Of a DNA stretch of 64,000 nt, positions 1 to 9,264 are shown piece after piece. Source of the DNA: Candidatus Latescibacterota bacterium (GTDB lineage Bacteria; Latescibacterota; UBA2968; UBA8231); contig OZ242005.1 of the NCBI GenBank assembly GCA_965204725.1, positions 1,664,001 to 1,728,000 of the forward strand, in the 5' to 3' direction. The translations under genes and the position numbers were made by a program. Below the pieces are notes generated by a model that saw only the letters and a program-made list of their open reading frames with translations, searched no databases and had not been told where the DNA came from. Positions within the stretch are counted from its first letter, which is position 1. Every line of letters starts with the position of its first letter.

Positions 1-77
1 GTCAGCACCAGCAAGCCGGTTACCAACAGGACGAGGAAGCCGGTCTCGAGCCGGTGGAGGAAGTGCGGGCCGCTCAA
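1..77 (-). CDS. TRAP transporter small permease (DctQ-like), 5' part only; runs off the window
   Basis: TTG at 77 overlaps the dctP stop; reads LSGPHFLHRLETGFLVLLVTGLLVL (hydrophobic); lies directly downstream of dctP. Confidence 0.65.
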   Translation of the reverse strand, partial: MSGPHFLHRLETGFLVLLVTGLLVL

Positions 78-1081
78 CGGGACGTCCGGCGGAAGTCTTG
101 GAGGTGGCGCGCGATTTGTTCATGGGCCTCTTGGGAAAAGGCGCGCCCCACGAGCTCGGTTTCAGCGCGAGCGACGAGGTCCTTGAAGGCCGCTACGTCT
201 GTGGGGTGAACCTCGACCAACGACAGGCCGTTGGCCTGCAATACGGCCAGAGCCTCGTCGTTTTCGCGGCGGTTGCGCTGTCCCAAGGCGACCATCTGCT
301 GCTGGGCGATGCGGTGGATATGTGCGCGATCGGCGGCGGGAATTTTGTCGAAAGCTCGCTTGTCGATCAAGAGCGCGCCTAAGGTGTAGTTGATGGGGAG
401 TTGGGTGACGTATTTTGCATGGGTAAACCATTGAAGGACGATGCTCACCGACGGCGAGGCGTACACTACATCGATTAGGTTGGTCTGCAACCCGAGGAGG
501 ACGTCCGGGATGTTCAGGGGAACCGAGGTGACGCCGGCTAAGCGGAAAAGCACGGAGGTAAGCGGCTCGTCGGGCAGTTGCCATACTTTTTGGGTGCGCA
601 TGTCCTCGACGGTGGCTACGGGTTGCTGCGAGAGAATGTGGACGAAGCCGATGTCGGTCCAACCGAGAAAGACATAGCCGCGTTCTTCGTACCCCCGCCG
701 GTAAAAGGCGTCCATTTGCGCGAGGACGTAATCGACCTCGGCGTAGCTGTCGAAGAGGAAGGGCATTTCCAGCGCGAGGACATCGGGCGAGGTTTGGCTG
801 ATGCCTTGGCCGCCAAAGCTCCCGCCGTGGAGCTGGCCGATGCGCATCTTACGCAAGACGACTTTCTCGTCGCCGTGGACGCCGCCGGGATAGATTTTGA
901 ATCCCACGTTGCCGGCCGTCTCCCGCCGCACCTCGGCGTCTATGGTGCGGAGTACCTTGGCCCAACTGCTGCCTTCGGGGGCGAGCGTAGCAATTTTGAG
1001 GAGGTGATTGGGTTGGGGTTGAGCGGCGACCGCGTTGGCGACGAGCGCGGCAACCGCAAAAAGCCCCTTAAAAGAAGTCAT
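74..1081 (-). CDS. dctP: TRAP transporter substrate-binding protein DctP (TatP-like)
   Basis: Signal peptide, then LKIATLAPEGSSW...IYPGGVHGDE...KMRIGQLHG, typical of the DctP family. Confidence 0.9.
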   Translation of the reverse strand: MTSFKGLFAVAALVANAVAAQPQPNHLLKIATLAPEGSSWAKVLRTIDAEVRRETAGNVGFKIYPGGVHGDEKVVLRKMRIGQLHGGSFGGQGISQTSPDVLALEMPFLFDSYAEVDYVLAQMDAFYRRGYEERGYVFLGWTDIGFVHILSQQPVATVEDMRTQKVWQLPDEPLTSVLFRLAGVTSVPLNIPDVLLGLQTNLIDVVYASPSVSIVLQWFTHAKYVTQLPINYTLGALLIDKRAFDKIPAADRAHIHRIAQQQMVALGQRNRRENDEALAVLQANGLSLVEVHPTDVAAFKDLVARAETELVGRAFSQEAHEQIARHLQDFRRTSR

Positions 1082-1967
1082 CGGCTTGGTCTAGCAGGGT
1101 CTGCGCCTGTCTTTGGGCGGCGATGTTTTGCAAGGTAAGCTCCGGTACGGCGTCCGCCGACTGGGTGAGGGCTTGGTTGAGCAGGGATTCGTATAACCCC
1201 CGATCAAAAGTGATCCGAGCGTAGAATTTGGCCTTGGCTACGTACACCATGAGTGCCTGTCCTTTGCTGATGGCGATGGCTCGATCGAAGTGCGCGGCCG
1301 CCTTTTCCGGGTCGCCGCCCAACATCGGCGGCAGGGCTGCGTAATAGGAGCCCAAGAAGACATGGGGACTCCCGTATTGAAAGGTCTCGTCTTGGGCGAC
1401 GATCCACTGCATAAGTTTAATCACTTTGGGCAATTCGGCCAGTGCCGCTATGGACTCAGTGTTGGCGCTGATCCAAGCTCCCCAACTTGCAGCCGCCCAA
1501 AACACGACCGGCAGATCGGCGGCCGCTAAATCGTCTGTGACGCGGACAAATTCAGCATAAGGAGCTCGGAGCAAATCGGGCTGACTAAGGCGCAGCGCAA
1601 GGGCTTTGAGGCCGTTTACCTTGCCCCGGTGGTACAGGTGCTTGGCCCGTTGGGGATCGCTGACTTCGACCAAGGTGGCGTAGGAAGTATAGATCTCACA
1701 GGTGCTCAAGAGCAGTTTCGGGTCTTGGGGATTGGCGACCAGCAGCCCCTCTAGCAAGAGCAGGAAGGTCGGTACGCCCGAGGCGACCAAATCCAAGTCG
1801 TCGTGGCGGGCGGTGGCCGCACTGACGTCCTCTATCAGCGACCCCACCAATGCAGACCGCAAAGCGGCGCACCCCAGCGGGCCAAAGGCGAGGGTCGCTA
1901 GCAAGATCGTCGTCAAAACGCGTTGAGCGATCCTGCGGGGCAAGCGGAGGCTAAGGCTAGGACGCAT
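1068..1967 (-). CDS. TRAP transporter TatT component (TPR-like lipoprotein)
   Basis: Lipobox-like LGC; YAALPPMLGGDPEKAAAHFDRAI and LQNIAAQRQA motifs; adjacent to dctP; start taken at ATG 1967. Confidence 0.85.
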   Translation of the reverse strand: MRPSLSLRLPRRIAQRVLTTILLATLAFGPLGCAALRSALVGSLIEDVSAATARHDDLDLVASGVPTFLLLLEGLLVANPQDPKLLLSTCEIYTSYATLVEVSDPQRAKHLYHRGKVNGLKALALRLSQPDLLRAPYAEFVRVTDDLAAADLPVVFWAAASWGAWISANTESIAALAELPKVIKLMQWIVAQDETFQYGSPHVFLGSYYAALPPMLGGDPEKAAAHFDRAIAISKGQALMVYVAKAKFYARITFDRGLYESLLNQALTQSADAVPELTLQNIAAQRQAQTLLDQADDFF

Positions 1968-3021
1968 TGCCCGCCTCCTCCGCCTCGATTGTGCCGCGCA
2001 GGCACTGCCAAGGGTCGCCCTCTTCAGCGCAGGCCGCAAAAATATCCAAGGCACTGGCCAAGTCCTCGTCGCGGGCGCGATAGACCGCGGCAAAGAGGGC
2101 TAGATTGGCATTGTAGCGGCGATAAGACAGCAGCCGTGCATTGTTGAGTTCCCACTGGAGGAACCCATCGTACCAGTTGTGGGTAAACTGCGCCTTAATG
2201 AGGGCGAAATCGCGCTGACGCTGGGCAAAAACGACCTGCCGGTCGCGCAGTACAACGCTGCGGGGCAAGCCGAGTGCGTAGAGGCTGTCGAGTGCCGCAA
2301 CGGTCTCGGCCATGAAGCCCCGAAACAAGGCGGCGTCCGCTCGACGCGCTTTGGCCTGTGGCAAGAGCGGGGTATTGGGGCCGAAGTGCTGCGCTAGGAA
2401 GAGCAAGGCTCCTTGGCGGCCGACGAAGGTCGCCAAGCTCTCGTTGAAATCGGTCTGACTGGGGGCATAGACTCGGGCGTGAGTCAGCTCGTGGAGGATC
2501 AAATCGGCGAGCTGGTCGGGCGCGTAGCCGATCATTGAGCTGAGAATTGGATCGGAGAAAACGCCCAAGGTGCTGTAGGCACTGACGGGGCGGACCATGG
2601 CGTCGTACCCCTCGGCCGCGAGGGCATCGCGCTCCTCGGCGGCCAAATCGCGGCGAAAGAAACCTTTGTAGGGGACTTCGCCGACGAACGGAAAATCCCA
2701 AGTGTAGGGCGAGAAGCGGTCGGGCGGACAAGCACTGACGTTCCAACTGATCGGGCCGCCCCCCGTATCGTAGAAGGTCGTGTACTGATCGTCTGTTTGC
2801 AGCCCCACGCTTTCGGCATAGCGAAGAATGGCTTGGATCAGGACTAGTTGGGTCCGGGTTTGTTCGGCTAAGTCGGGTCGGGCGAGGAGGGCTTGGACTG
2901 GTGTGCGCTTGTACAGGACGCGGCTTTGGCCGCGGGCGAGGTGCCAATAGTAATTGAGGTTGCAGCCATAGCTGCCCAAGAGGCTAAGCCCGATGAGAAC
3001 TCGATATAGACAAGTCATCAA
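1957..3021 (-). CDS. Putative zinc aminopeptidase lipoprotein
   Basis: HELTH...FNESLA zinc motif, W-FP-VG-VPYKGFF, AYSTLG-FSDP. Confidence 0.8.
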   Translation of the reverse strand: MMTCLYRVLIGLSLLGSYGCNLNYYWHLARGQSRVLYKRTPVQALLARPDLAEQTRTQLVLIQAILRYAESVGLQTDDQYTTFYDTGGGPISWNVSACPPDRFSPYTWDFPFVGEVPYKGFFRRDLAAEERDALAAEGYDAMVRPVSAYSTLGVFSDPILSSMIGYAPDQLADLILHELTHARVYAPSQTDFNESLATFVGRQGALLFLAQHFGPNTPLLPQAKARRADAALFRGFMAETVAALDSLYALGLPRSVVLRDRQVVFAQRQRDFALIKAQFTHNWYDGFLQWELNNARLLSYRRYNANLALFAAVYRARDEDLASALDIFAACAEEGDPWQCLRGTIEAEEAGNAS

Positions 3022-3053
3022 GTCGGCTCGCGGCTAGCAGCCCCGTGCGGCGC

Positions 3054-3536
3054 TCAAGAGCGGACGATCTTTTCTCCATCGAAGATCACATTGCCTTCTC
3101 GGTCGAGGACGCGGCCGTCGCTGGTAAACTCGTACTTCATGGATTGACCCAAGGTCAGGTGACGCTGTACTTCCTTTAAGTCTTGGTATTTCTCGATGAG
3201 CTTTTCAATCGGCCCCTCAAACGAAGTCTGCTGCCGCTTAGGCCGGCCCTTGTTGTGGGCTTCCCGCTCCTCAGTCGTCATAATGGGCAGGCGCTCGGCC
3301 GCGGGGGTGAACCGCCCCGCCATGGCCTGCTGGCGGCGATATTTTTCGTGGCGCTTTTCCGATTCGGTCAGCATCTCTTCGGGAATGGTCTCGAAGCTGG
3401 TATCTTGGTCGCCCCCTTGTTCCCGGCGCTTTTGCTGCTCTTCTTGGACCTCGCGGGCAAGGCGCTGTTGGCGCTCGTGGTCCAAGCTGGTGTCGGTGCC
3501 TAATCTCCTCAGTACATGCCGTGCGGCCTTGTTCAT
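3054..3536 (-). CDS. Hypothetical highly charged protein
   Basis: 160-aa ORF with a GGGG RBS-like stretch upstream; fills the gap; no recognisable family. Confidence 0.6.
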   Translation of the reverse strand: MNKAARHVLRRLGTDTSLDHERQQRLAREVQEEQQKRREQGGDQDTSFETIPEEMLTESEKRHEKYRRQQAMAGRFTPAAERLPIMTTEEREAHNKGRPKRQQTSFEGPIEKLIEKYQDLKEVQRHLTLGQSMKYEFTSDGRVLDREGNVIFDGEKIVRS

Positions 3537-3737
3537 AGCGAATGCGCTACCCCCTGAAAATTGCGTGTAGTGCGTGTAGTGTGTCCAAAATTGGCTAGCG
3601 ATAGAAAATATAAAGGGGGCGAATGATTTGGCAAATCCAAATCCCCTTAGTTATTATAGATAGAGATTTAGGCAGCAGCAGATGCTCTCGATAAGGCTAA
3701 AGAGTCGAGATTTAACTTTTTGGTATGGAGATATAGG

Positions 3738-4757
3738 ATGAGTTTTTTATCGCGTCTCTTTTCTCATGAAATAGGCATAGATTTGGGCACCGCCAATACC
3801 TTGGTATTTGTCAAAGGCAAGGGCATTGTCCTCAACGAGCCCTCGGTGGTCGCCCGCCAAGTCTCCACCCAAAAAGTCATTGCTGTCGGCGAAGAAGCCA
3901 AAGAGATGATGGGGCGTGAAAACGCCGGCATCCAAATAACTCGCCCTCTGAAGGATGGCGTCATCGCCGATTTTGAAGTTACCGAAGAGATGATTCGCAG
4001 TTTTATCCGCAAAATAAGAAAGAACAAACTGTTCGTGCGGCCCAAGATCGTGGTAGCGGTCCCGGCGGGTAGCACAGAAGTGGAAAAGCGGGCCGTGCGA
4101 AACTCCTGCGAGCGCGTGGGCGCCAGAGAAGTCCATCTAGTCAGCGAGCCGATGGCTGCGGCCATTGGCATGGGATTGCCCGTCGATCAAGCGGTCGGCT
4201 CCATGGTCATTGATATTGGGGGCGGGACGACAGAGGTCGCCGTAATCGCTCTTTCAGGTCTCGTCGAACACGAATCGCTGCGGGTGGCTGGGGCCGCTAT
4301 GGATCAGGCCATTATCGAGTGGATGCGGAGAAAGCACAACCTACTTATTGGCGTCCAAGGGGCCGAGGCCATCAAGTGGCAAATCGGTTCGGCGACGGAA
4401 CTAGAAACAGAAGAAACGATTCCGGTGCGCGGGCGCGATACCATAGCTGGGCTACCCAAAGTCTTGCAGGTGGATTCGGTTGAGATCCGAGAAGCCCTAT
4501 CCGGTTCCGTGACCCAAATCGTCGCCAGCGTCCGCAGAGTGCTGGAGAGGATGCCGCCCGAATTGGCGGCGGATATCCTCGATAGGGGCATGGTGCTGTG
4601 CGGTGGGGGGAGCCTGCTACGGGGATTGAAGGAACACCTGCTAAAGGCGACAAATTTGCCGACTTATATTGCTAGCGAAGACCCGCTCTCAGCCGTGGTG
4701 CGGGGCAATGCCCGCATTCTCGAAGAGTTTGATCACTACCGCCAAGTTTTGATCTAA
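3738..4757 (+). CDS. mreB: Rod shape-determining protein MreB
   Basis: IGIDLGTANT, RPLKDGVIADF, DIGGGTTE, GGGSLL. Confidence 0.97.
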   Translation: MSFLSRLFSHEIGIDLGTANTLVFVKGKGIVLNEPSVVARQVSTQKVIAVGEEAKEMMGRENAGIQITRPLKDGVIADFEVTEEMIRSFIRKIRKNKLFVRPKIVVAVPAGSTEVEKRAVRNSCERVGAREVHLVSEPMAAAIGMGLPVDQAVGSMVIDIGGGTTEVAVIALSGLVEHESLRVAGAAMDQAIIEWMRRKHNLLIGVQGAEAIKWQIGSATELETEETIPVRGRDTIAGLPKVLQVDSVEIREALSGSVTQIVASVRRVLERMPPELAADILDRGMVLCGGGSLLRGLKEHLLKATNLPTYIASEDPLSAVVRGNARILEEFDHYRQVLI

Positions 4758-4762
4758 TTGAC

Positions 4763-5536
4763 ATGGCCAATACTCGGGACCTGCTCGTCATAGGACTAGC
4801 CATTGGCTGCGCCTTGCTCTTGATGAGCTTGCCTGCATCCTATAAAACCTATATCGCCGAGCGCTGCCAAGTCGGTTTATTGGTCTCCGGTCAAGCCCTG
4901 TTTTCGCAAGTTATCCGCTATGCCCACCACGAAGAAAAGAGCCGTTTTCTCCTGACCGAGAACGCAGCCCTAGCCCTCGACAACATGCAGATGCAGGAGG
5001 CTGCATGGGAAAATATGCGCCTGCGCAAGGCCCTGTCTTTTCGCCCTATAGATGAAAGTACGAGCGTTATTTCTGCCGAGGTCATCGGCCGCGACCCCGA
5101 CCACATTTACGACACGATTGTCATCAACGCTGGCCGCGATCTCGGCGTAGATAAGGATATGCCCGTGGTGACGCCCGAAGGGCTCGTCGGGCACATTACC
5201 CAAGTCGGGGCATCGGACTCGGTCGTGCAGTTGTTAATGCGGACGAGGGTTAGTGCCTTGATCCAAGCGACTCGTGCCCAAGGCATTGTCTCGTGGATCG
5301 ACGGCCAGTTCCGGTTGCGATTCGTCGAAGCGAGTAACTTGGTGCAGGAGGGCGACTTGGTCGTGTCGTCGGGGTTGGGCGGGCGCTACCCCAAGGGCAT
5401 CCCGATTGGCACGGTGGCGGAGGTGAAGCAGGCGGAACGAACCCCGGTCTTTTTGCTGGTCGTCCTCGAATCCGTCGTGGATTTTTCCACACTTGAAGAG
5501 GTTTTCGTCCTTGGCAAAGGGGCCAGCCCGAGTTGA
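4763..5536 (+). CDS. mreC: Rod shape-determining protein MreC
   Basis: N-terminal TM, coiled coil, AEVIGRD, GLVG, VVSSGLGGRYPKGIPIG; follows mreB. Confidence 0.93.
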   Translation: MANTRDLLVIGLAIGCALLLMSLPASYKTYIAERCQVGLLVSGQALFSQVIRYAHHEEKSRFLLTENAALALDNMQMQEAAWENMRLRKALSFRPIDESTSVISAEVIGRDPDHIYDTIVINAGRDLGVDKDMPVVTPEGLVGHITQVGASDSVVQLLMRTRVSALIQATRAQGIVSWIDGQFRLRFVEASNLVQEGDLVVSSGLGGRYPKGIPIGTVAEVKQAERTPVFLLVVLESVVDFSTLEEVFVLGKGASPS

Positions 5537-5552
5537 GCGGGCACTGCTTGGC

Positions 5553-5581
5553 TTGACAGAGTATGAGCTGTTCCATATTCT
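5553..5581 (+). promoter_or_regulatory. Sigma70-type promoter for the HU/bS22/tRNA unit
   Basis: TTGACA-N17-TATTCT. Confidence 0.65.
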
Positions 5582-5644
5582 ATAAAACTCTTTGTTGGTG
5601 TGCTAGTTACATAATTTCAACCGACCCGAATAGAGAGTGCAGCC

Positions 5645-5986
5645 TTGACGAAAGCTGATATTGTGCGTCTAATCGCCGAGGGGACCGGGCTTACTAAGAC
5701 GGATACCGCGGCTGTCGTCAATGGCCTTATTGAATCCGTAGTTGAGGCTTTACAACGGGAAGATCACATTGAGATTCGCGGTTTTGGCACCTTCAAAGTC
5801 GTCGAGCGGGCGCCGCGCATAGGTCGCAATCCATGCACCGGGGCCGAAGTGAAAATCGCCGGTCGCAAGGCCCCGACATTTAAGCCCTCAAAAGAATTGC
5901 GGGCGCGCGTCAATGGGAAAAACATAGAGGACAAAGGTCCAGGAGAGAAAAAAGATGCCCTGTGGCAGGAAGAGAAAGCGGCATAA
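5645..5986 (+). CDS. HU/IHF family DNA-binding protein
   Basis: MTKADIV...IEIRGFGTFKV...RIGRNP...PTFKPSKELR. Confidence 0.93.
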   Translation: MTKADIVRLIAEGTGLTKTDTAAVVNGLIESVVEALQREDHIEIRGFGTFKVVERAPRIGRNPCTGAEVKIAGRKAPTFKPSKELRARVNGKNIEDKGPGEKKDALWQEEKAA

Positions 5987-6050
5987 AATCGCTACGCACA
6001 AGCGCAAGAAGAGACTGCGCAAGAATCGACACAAGAAGAAGAACATTTAG
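5955..6050 (+). CDS. Small basic ribosomal protein bS22 (AURKAIP1/COX24/mS38 family)
   Basis: MPCGRKRKRHKIATHKRKKRLRKNRHKKKNI, AGGAG upstream; below the ORF-track size cutoff. Confidence 0.85.
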   Translation: MPCGRKRKRHKIATHKRKKRLRKNRHKKKNI

Positions 6051-6055
6051 GCTAA

Positions 6056-6132
6056 GGGCTAATAGCTCAGCTGGATAGAGCGCCGGTCTCCGGAACCGGA
6101 GGTCCCAGGTTCGAATCCTGGTTAGCTCACCA
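6056..6132 (+). tRNA. tRNA-Arg(CCG)
   Basis: Cloverleaf, anticodon arm CCGGT-CT-CCG-GA-ACCGG, GGTTCGAATCC, 3' CCA. Confidence 0.96.
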
Positions 6133-6164
6133 CTTTGTCGCCACGTATGGTCGGATAATTGAGT

Positions 6165-6242
6165 CGGGGTGTGGCGCAGCCCGGCTAGCGCGCTTCCTTG
6201 GGGTGGAAGAGGTCGCTGGTTCAAATCCAGTCACCCCGACCA
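6165..6242 (+). tRNA. tRNA-Pro(GGG)
   Basis: CGGGGTG acceptor, CTTCC-TT-GGG-GT-GGAAG arm, GGTTCAAATCC, CCA. Confidence 0.96.
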
Positions 6243-6296
6243 TTTTATTTTTTTATTTTACATGTAAGAGCACGGCTTTTGTTTATTTATCTATGT

Positions 6297-6374
6297 CGGG
6301 GTGTAGCGCAGCCCGGCTAGCGCACCTGCTTCGGGAGCAGGGGGTCGCCGGTTCAAATCCGGCCACCCCGACCA
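6297..6374 (+). tRNA. tRNA-Pro(CGG)
   Basis: CCTGC-TT-CGG-GA-GCAGG arm, GGTTCAAATCC, CCA. Confidence 0.96.
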
Positions 6375-6376
6375 CG

Positions 6377-6422
6377 AATTAAGTCCCTGTGAGGTTTTAA
6401 CTTACAGGGACTTAATTTATTT
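6377..6422 (+). terminator. Intrinsic terminator after the tRNA cluster
   Basis: AATTAAGTCCCTGTGAG / CTTACAGGGACTTAATT stem followed by a T-rich tail. Confidence 0.75.
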
Positions 6423-6434
6423 GCGGTATGAGGT

Positions 6435-7526
6435 ATGGCTCTCTCCATCGGCATAATCGGCTTGCCCAATGTAGGCAAATCAACGCTCTTCAATGCGCTA
6501 ACGGGCGGTGGGGCCGAGGTATCGAATTATCCATTCTGCACAGTGTCCCCCAATGTCGGTACAGTCGACGTCCCCGACCCGCGCTTGGAGCGGCTAAGCG
6601 AGGTTATTCAGCCCCAATCCACGACGCCCACGGGCATCCGCTTTGTCGATATTGCCGGGCTAGTGCGGGGCGCGAACCAAGGCGCTGGGTTGGGCAATCA
6701 ATTTCTCGCCCACATTAGAGATGTCGATGCCTTGGTCCACGTGGTGCGCTGTTTTGACGACGAGCAAATAAGCCATGTAGATGGGGCGATTGACCCCTTG
6801 CGCGATATTGAGACCCTTGAAACGGAGTTGCTACTAGCGGATTTGGCGGTCTTGGAAAAGGCCGTGCCCCATCTAGATAAAGTGGTCCGCTCTGAGCCGC
6901 GGAGCACGCGGACGCACGAGTTGGCGGCCTGCGCCAAGGTCTTAGAGGGATTGCAACGCGGAACGAGCGCGGCCGCGCTGGGATTGACTGTAGAAGAACA
7001 GGACGTGCTCGCTCCGTATCGCTTGCTGACGGCAAGGCCGGTGCTGTATGCGGCCAATGTCGGGGAAGCAGAGGCCGATGCGCCCGGCCCATGGGTGGAC
7101 CAACTGGTCGAGCGTTATGGAGCGGACCGAGTGCCGGTCGTCTCGGCCCAGTTCCAAGCGGAGCTGGCCGGTCTAAGCCGAGCGGAGCGAGCGGAGTTCA
7201 CTCGGGAATTGGGGCTGGAGCAGGGGGGCATTGAGTGCTTAATCCAAGCCGGATACAAGTTGCTGAATCTGATCACCTTCTACACGCTCGCCCACGGCAA
7301 GCTACAGGCTTGGCAGTTGCCGCGTGGGGAAAAGGCACCGCGAGCAGCCGGGCGGATTCACACGGACATGGAAAAGGGGTTTATCCGCGCCGAACTGGCC
7401 CCTTGTGACCAGCTGCTCACTATGGGGGGATGGGCATCGCTGAAAGCGGCGGGGCAGTTGCGGAGCGAGGGCCGGGATTATACCGTGGCCGATGGGGACG
7501 TCATCACCTTCCTTTTTAAGGTTTGA
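6435..7526 (+). CDS. ychF: Redox-regulated ATPase YchF
   Basis: GLPNVGKSTLFNALT, NYPFCT, DIAGLV, IHTDMEKGFIRAE. Confidence 0.96.
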   Translation: MALSIGIIGLPNVGKSTLFNALTGGGAEVSNYPFCTVSPNVGTVDVPDPRLERLSEVIQPQSTTPTGIRFVDIAGLVRGANQGAGLGNQFLAHIRDVDALVHVVRCFDDEQISHVDGAIDPLRDIETLETELLLADLAVLEKAVPHLDKVVRSEPRSTRTHELAACAKVLEGLQRGTSAAALGLTVEEQDVLAPYRLLTARPVLYAANVGEAEADAPGPWVDQLVERYGADRVPVVSAQFQAELAGLSRAERAEFTRELGLEQGGIECLIQAGYKLLNLITFYTLAHGKLQAWQLPRGEKAPRAAGRIHTDMEKGFIRAELAPCDQLLTMGGWASLKAAGQLRSEGRDYTVADGDVITFLFKV

Positions 7527-7702
7527 GGTTTAGCAGAAAGCGCGGAGCACTAGACTCAGGACTCAGCCCAGCGGCGTTGCTCTAATCGTCTCGAGGAACG
7601 CTTTTTTTGTGCGAGCAAGCGCGGCTAAAGCAGTATAAAAACAAGGAATAGGGTCGCTTGACGGAAGGGATTAGGTCGCCTATCTTCTGCCGTCTAAACG
7701 GC

Positions 7703-8533
7703 ATGATAATTTGGGTAAAAATCATCTTGGCAGCGGCCCTGCTCGGCTGTGCTGTATGGTATCTCAAGCCGGATGAGCTCCTCGGGGCCGCAGGACAGGT
7801 TGGTGGGGACAAGGTGCTCGTCTGCGGGGCGATTGCCCTTGTGGGCATCGGCGTCCAGTGGCTTAAGTGGCAGTTGTTGTTGCGCCCCCAAATTCCCGAG
7901 GCCAATGGGCGCGATGCACTCTATTCGCTGCTCGGCGGCGCCGCCCTCGGTCTGGTGACGCCCAGCCGCTTAGGCGAGTTGGGGCGCGGCGTTTTCTTGG
8001 GGCGGAGCCGGACCAAGGCCGCGTTGCTGACGGCTGTGGACAAATTGAGCTCGGCCGCGGTCACGTTGGGGTTGGGGGCCGCCGCCGCTTGGATTTTATG
8101 GCCTCATCTCAGGGGCTTTTTGCTGTTGCTATTCTGCATCCTCGGCGCGCTGCTATATTGGGGGTGGTGCCGCCGGCAAGCGAGTGGGCCGGTGGCATGG
8201 GGGGCCATCGCCGGTTTATCCGTCTCGTTCAACTTGGTATTCATGGCGCAATTTCTCTATTTGGTCTCCGCTAATGTGGCCGCCGACTTAGCGGTTGTGT
8301 TGGCGGTGCCGGTGGTATTTGCCCTAAAAACCCTGTTGCCCTTGGGGTTTTTGGACCTAGGCGTCCGCGAGGCCGCGGCCATCTTGGTATTTAGCAGCCT
8401 CGGCTTAGAGCCGCAACCTGCTTTTGTGGCTAGCCTCTTGATTTTTGCCTGCAATGTGTGCTTGCCGGCTGGCTTGGGCTGGCTGTGGATTGGCAGCCGC
8501 CGACTGCGGACGCTGGGAAAGGCCGCCCTATGA
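7703..8533 (+). CDS. Lysylphosphatidylglycerol synthase TM / flippase-like membrane protein
   Basis: Multi-TM; KW-LLL, TPSRLGELGR, LGVRE motifs. Confidence 0.75.
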   Translation: MIIWVKIILAAALLGCAVWYLKPDELLGAAGQVGGDKVLVCGAIALVGIGVQWLKWQLLLRPQIPEANGRDALYSLLGGAALGLVTPSRLGELGRGVFLGRSRTKAALLTAVDKLSSAAVTLGLGAAAAWILWPHLRGFLLLLFCILGALLYWGWCRRQASGPVAWGAIAGLSVSFNLVFMAQFLYLVSANVAADLAVVLAVPVVFALKTLLPLGFLDLGVREAAAILVFSSLGLEPQPAFVASLLIFACNVCLPAGLGWLWIGSRRLRTLGKAAL

Positions 8534-9252
8534 ATTCGGCGTATGCGATAAAAAAAGAAATATGCGAAGTAGGGCACCGGGTCTATCAGCGCGGGTACGT
8601 AGCGGCCAACGACGGCAACATCAGCGTCCGCCTAGAGGACGACCGAGTGCTGTGTACGCCAACCGGCGTGAGCAAGGGCTATCTGAGCGCCGACATGATA
8701 GCTACCTGCGACATGGCGGGTGGGCAAGTTGCGGGGTCGATGAAAATATCGTCGGAAATCCGCATGCACCTCGAAATCTACAAGCTGCGGCCCGATGTCC
8801 GCGCAGTCGTCCACGCGCATCCGCCGACCGCGACCGGTTTTGCCGTCGCAGGTATTGAACTGACTCAGTGCGTATTGCCCGAGGTCATCGTCAGCCTCGG
8901 GGGCGTTCCACTGGCGGACTACGGCACGCCCGGCGGCCCTGATATCGTCGAGCCGATGAAGCCGCTTTTGCGGCAATACGACGCCGTTCTAATGGCCAAT
9001 CACGGGGTCGTAACCGTCGGCCAACACGTCATGGACGCCCATTTCAAGATGGAGACGGTCGAACACTTTGCCCAAATCGCCTTGGTGGCGCACCAACTCG
9101 GGGGGATGCGGACGCTTGAGGGAAAAGATGTGGAAGATCTCGCGAATCTGCGGACGCGCTTTGGAATTGGGGATCGCCCCTCCTGCGAGCAAGCAGGAGA
9201 AAGCGCGCTCGTCGAGCGGATTACCGAAGAAGTCCTGCGCCAACTGCGCTAG
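8530..9252 (+). CDS. Class II aldolase/adducin family protein
   Basis: DGNISVR, TPTG, SSEIRMH, VVHAHP, MANHG. Confidence 0.92.
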   Translation: MNSAYAIKKEICEVGHRVYQRGYVAANDGNISVRLEDDRVLCTPTGVSKGYLSADMIATCDMAGGQVAGSMKISSEIRMHLEIYKLRPDVRAVVHAHPPTATGFAVAGIELTQCVLPEVIVSLGGVPLADYGTPGGPDIVEPMKPLLRQYDAVLMANHGVVTVGQHVMDAHFKMETVEHFAQIALVAHQLGGMRTLEGKDVEDLANLRTRFGIGDRPSCEQAGESALVERITEEVLRQLR

Positions 9253-9264
9253 CTGTGAGGGAGT

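Noticed and set aside
6056-6374. tRNA cluster (and tRNA-Gly) as integration sites
   Set aside because: Flanked by housekeeping genes; no adjacent integrase or duplicated tRNA 3' end seen
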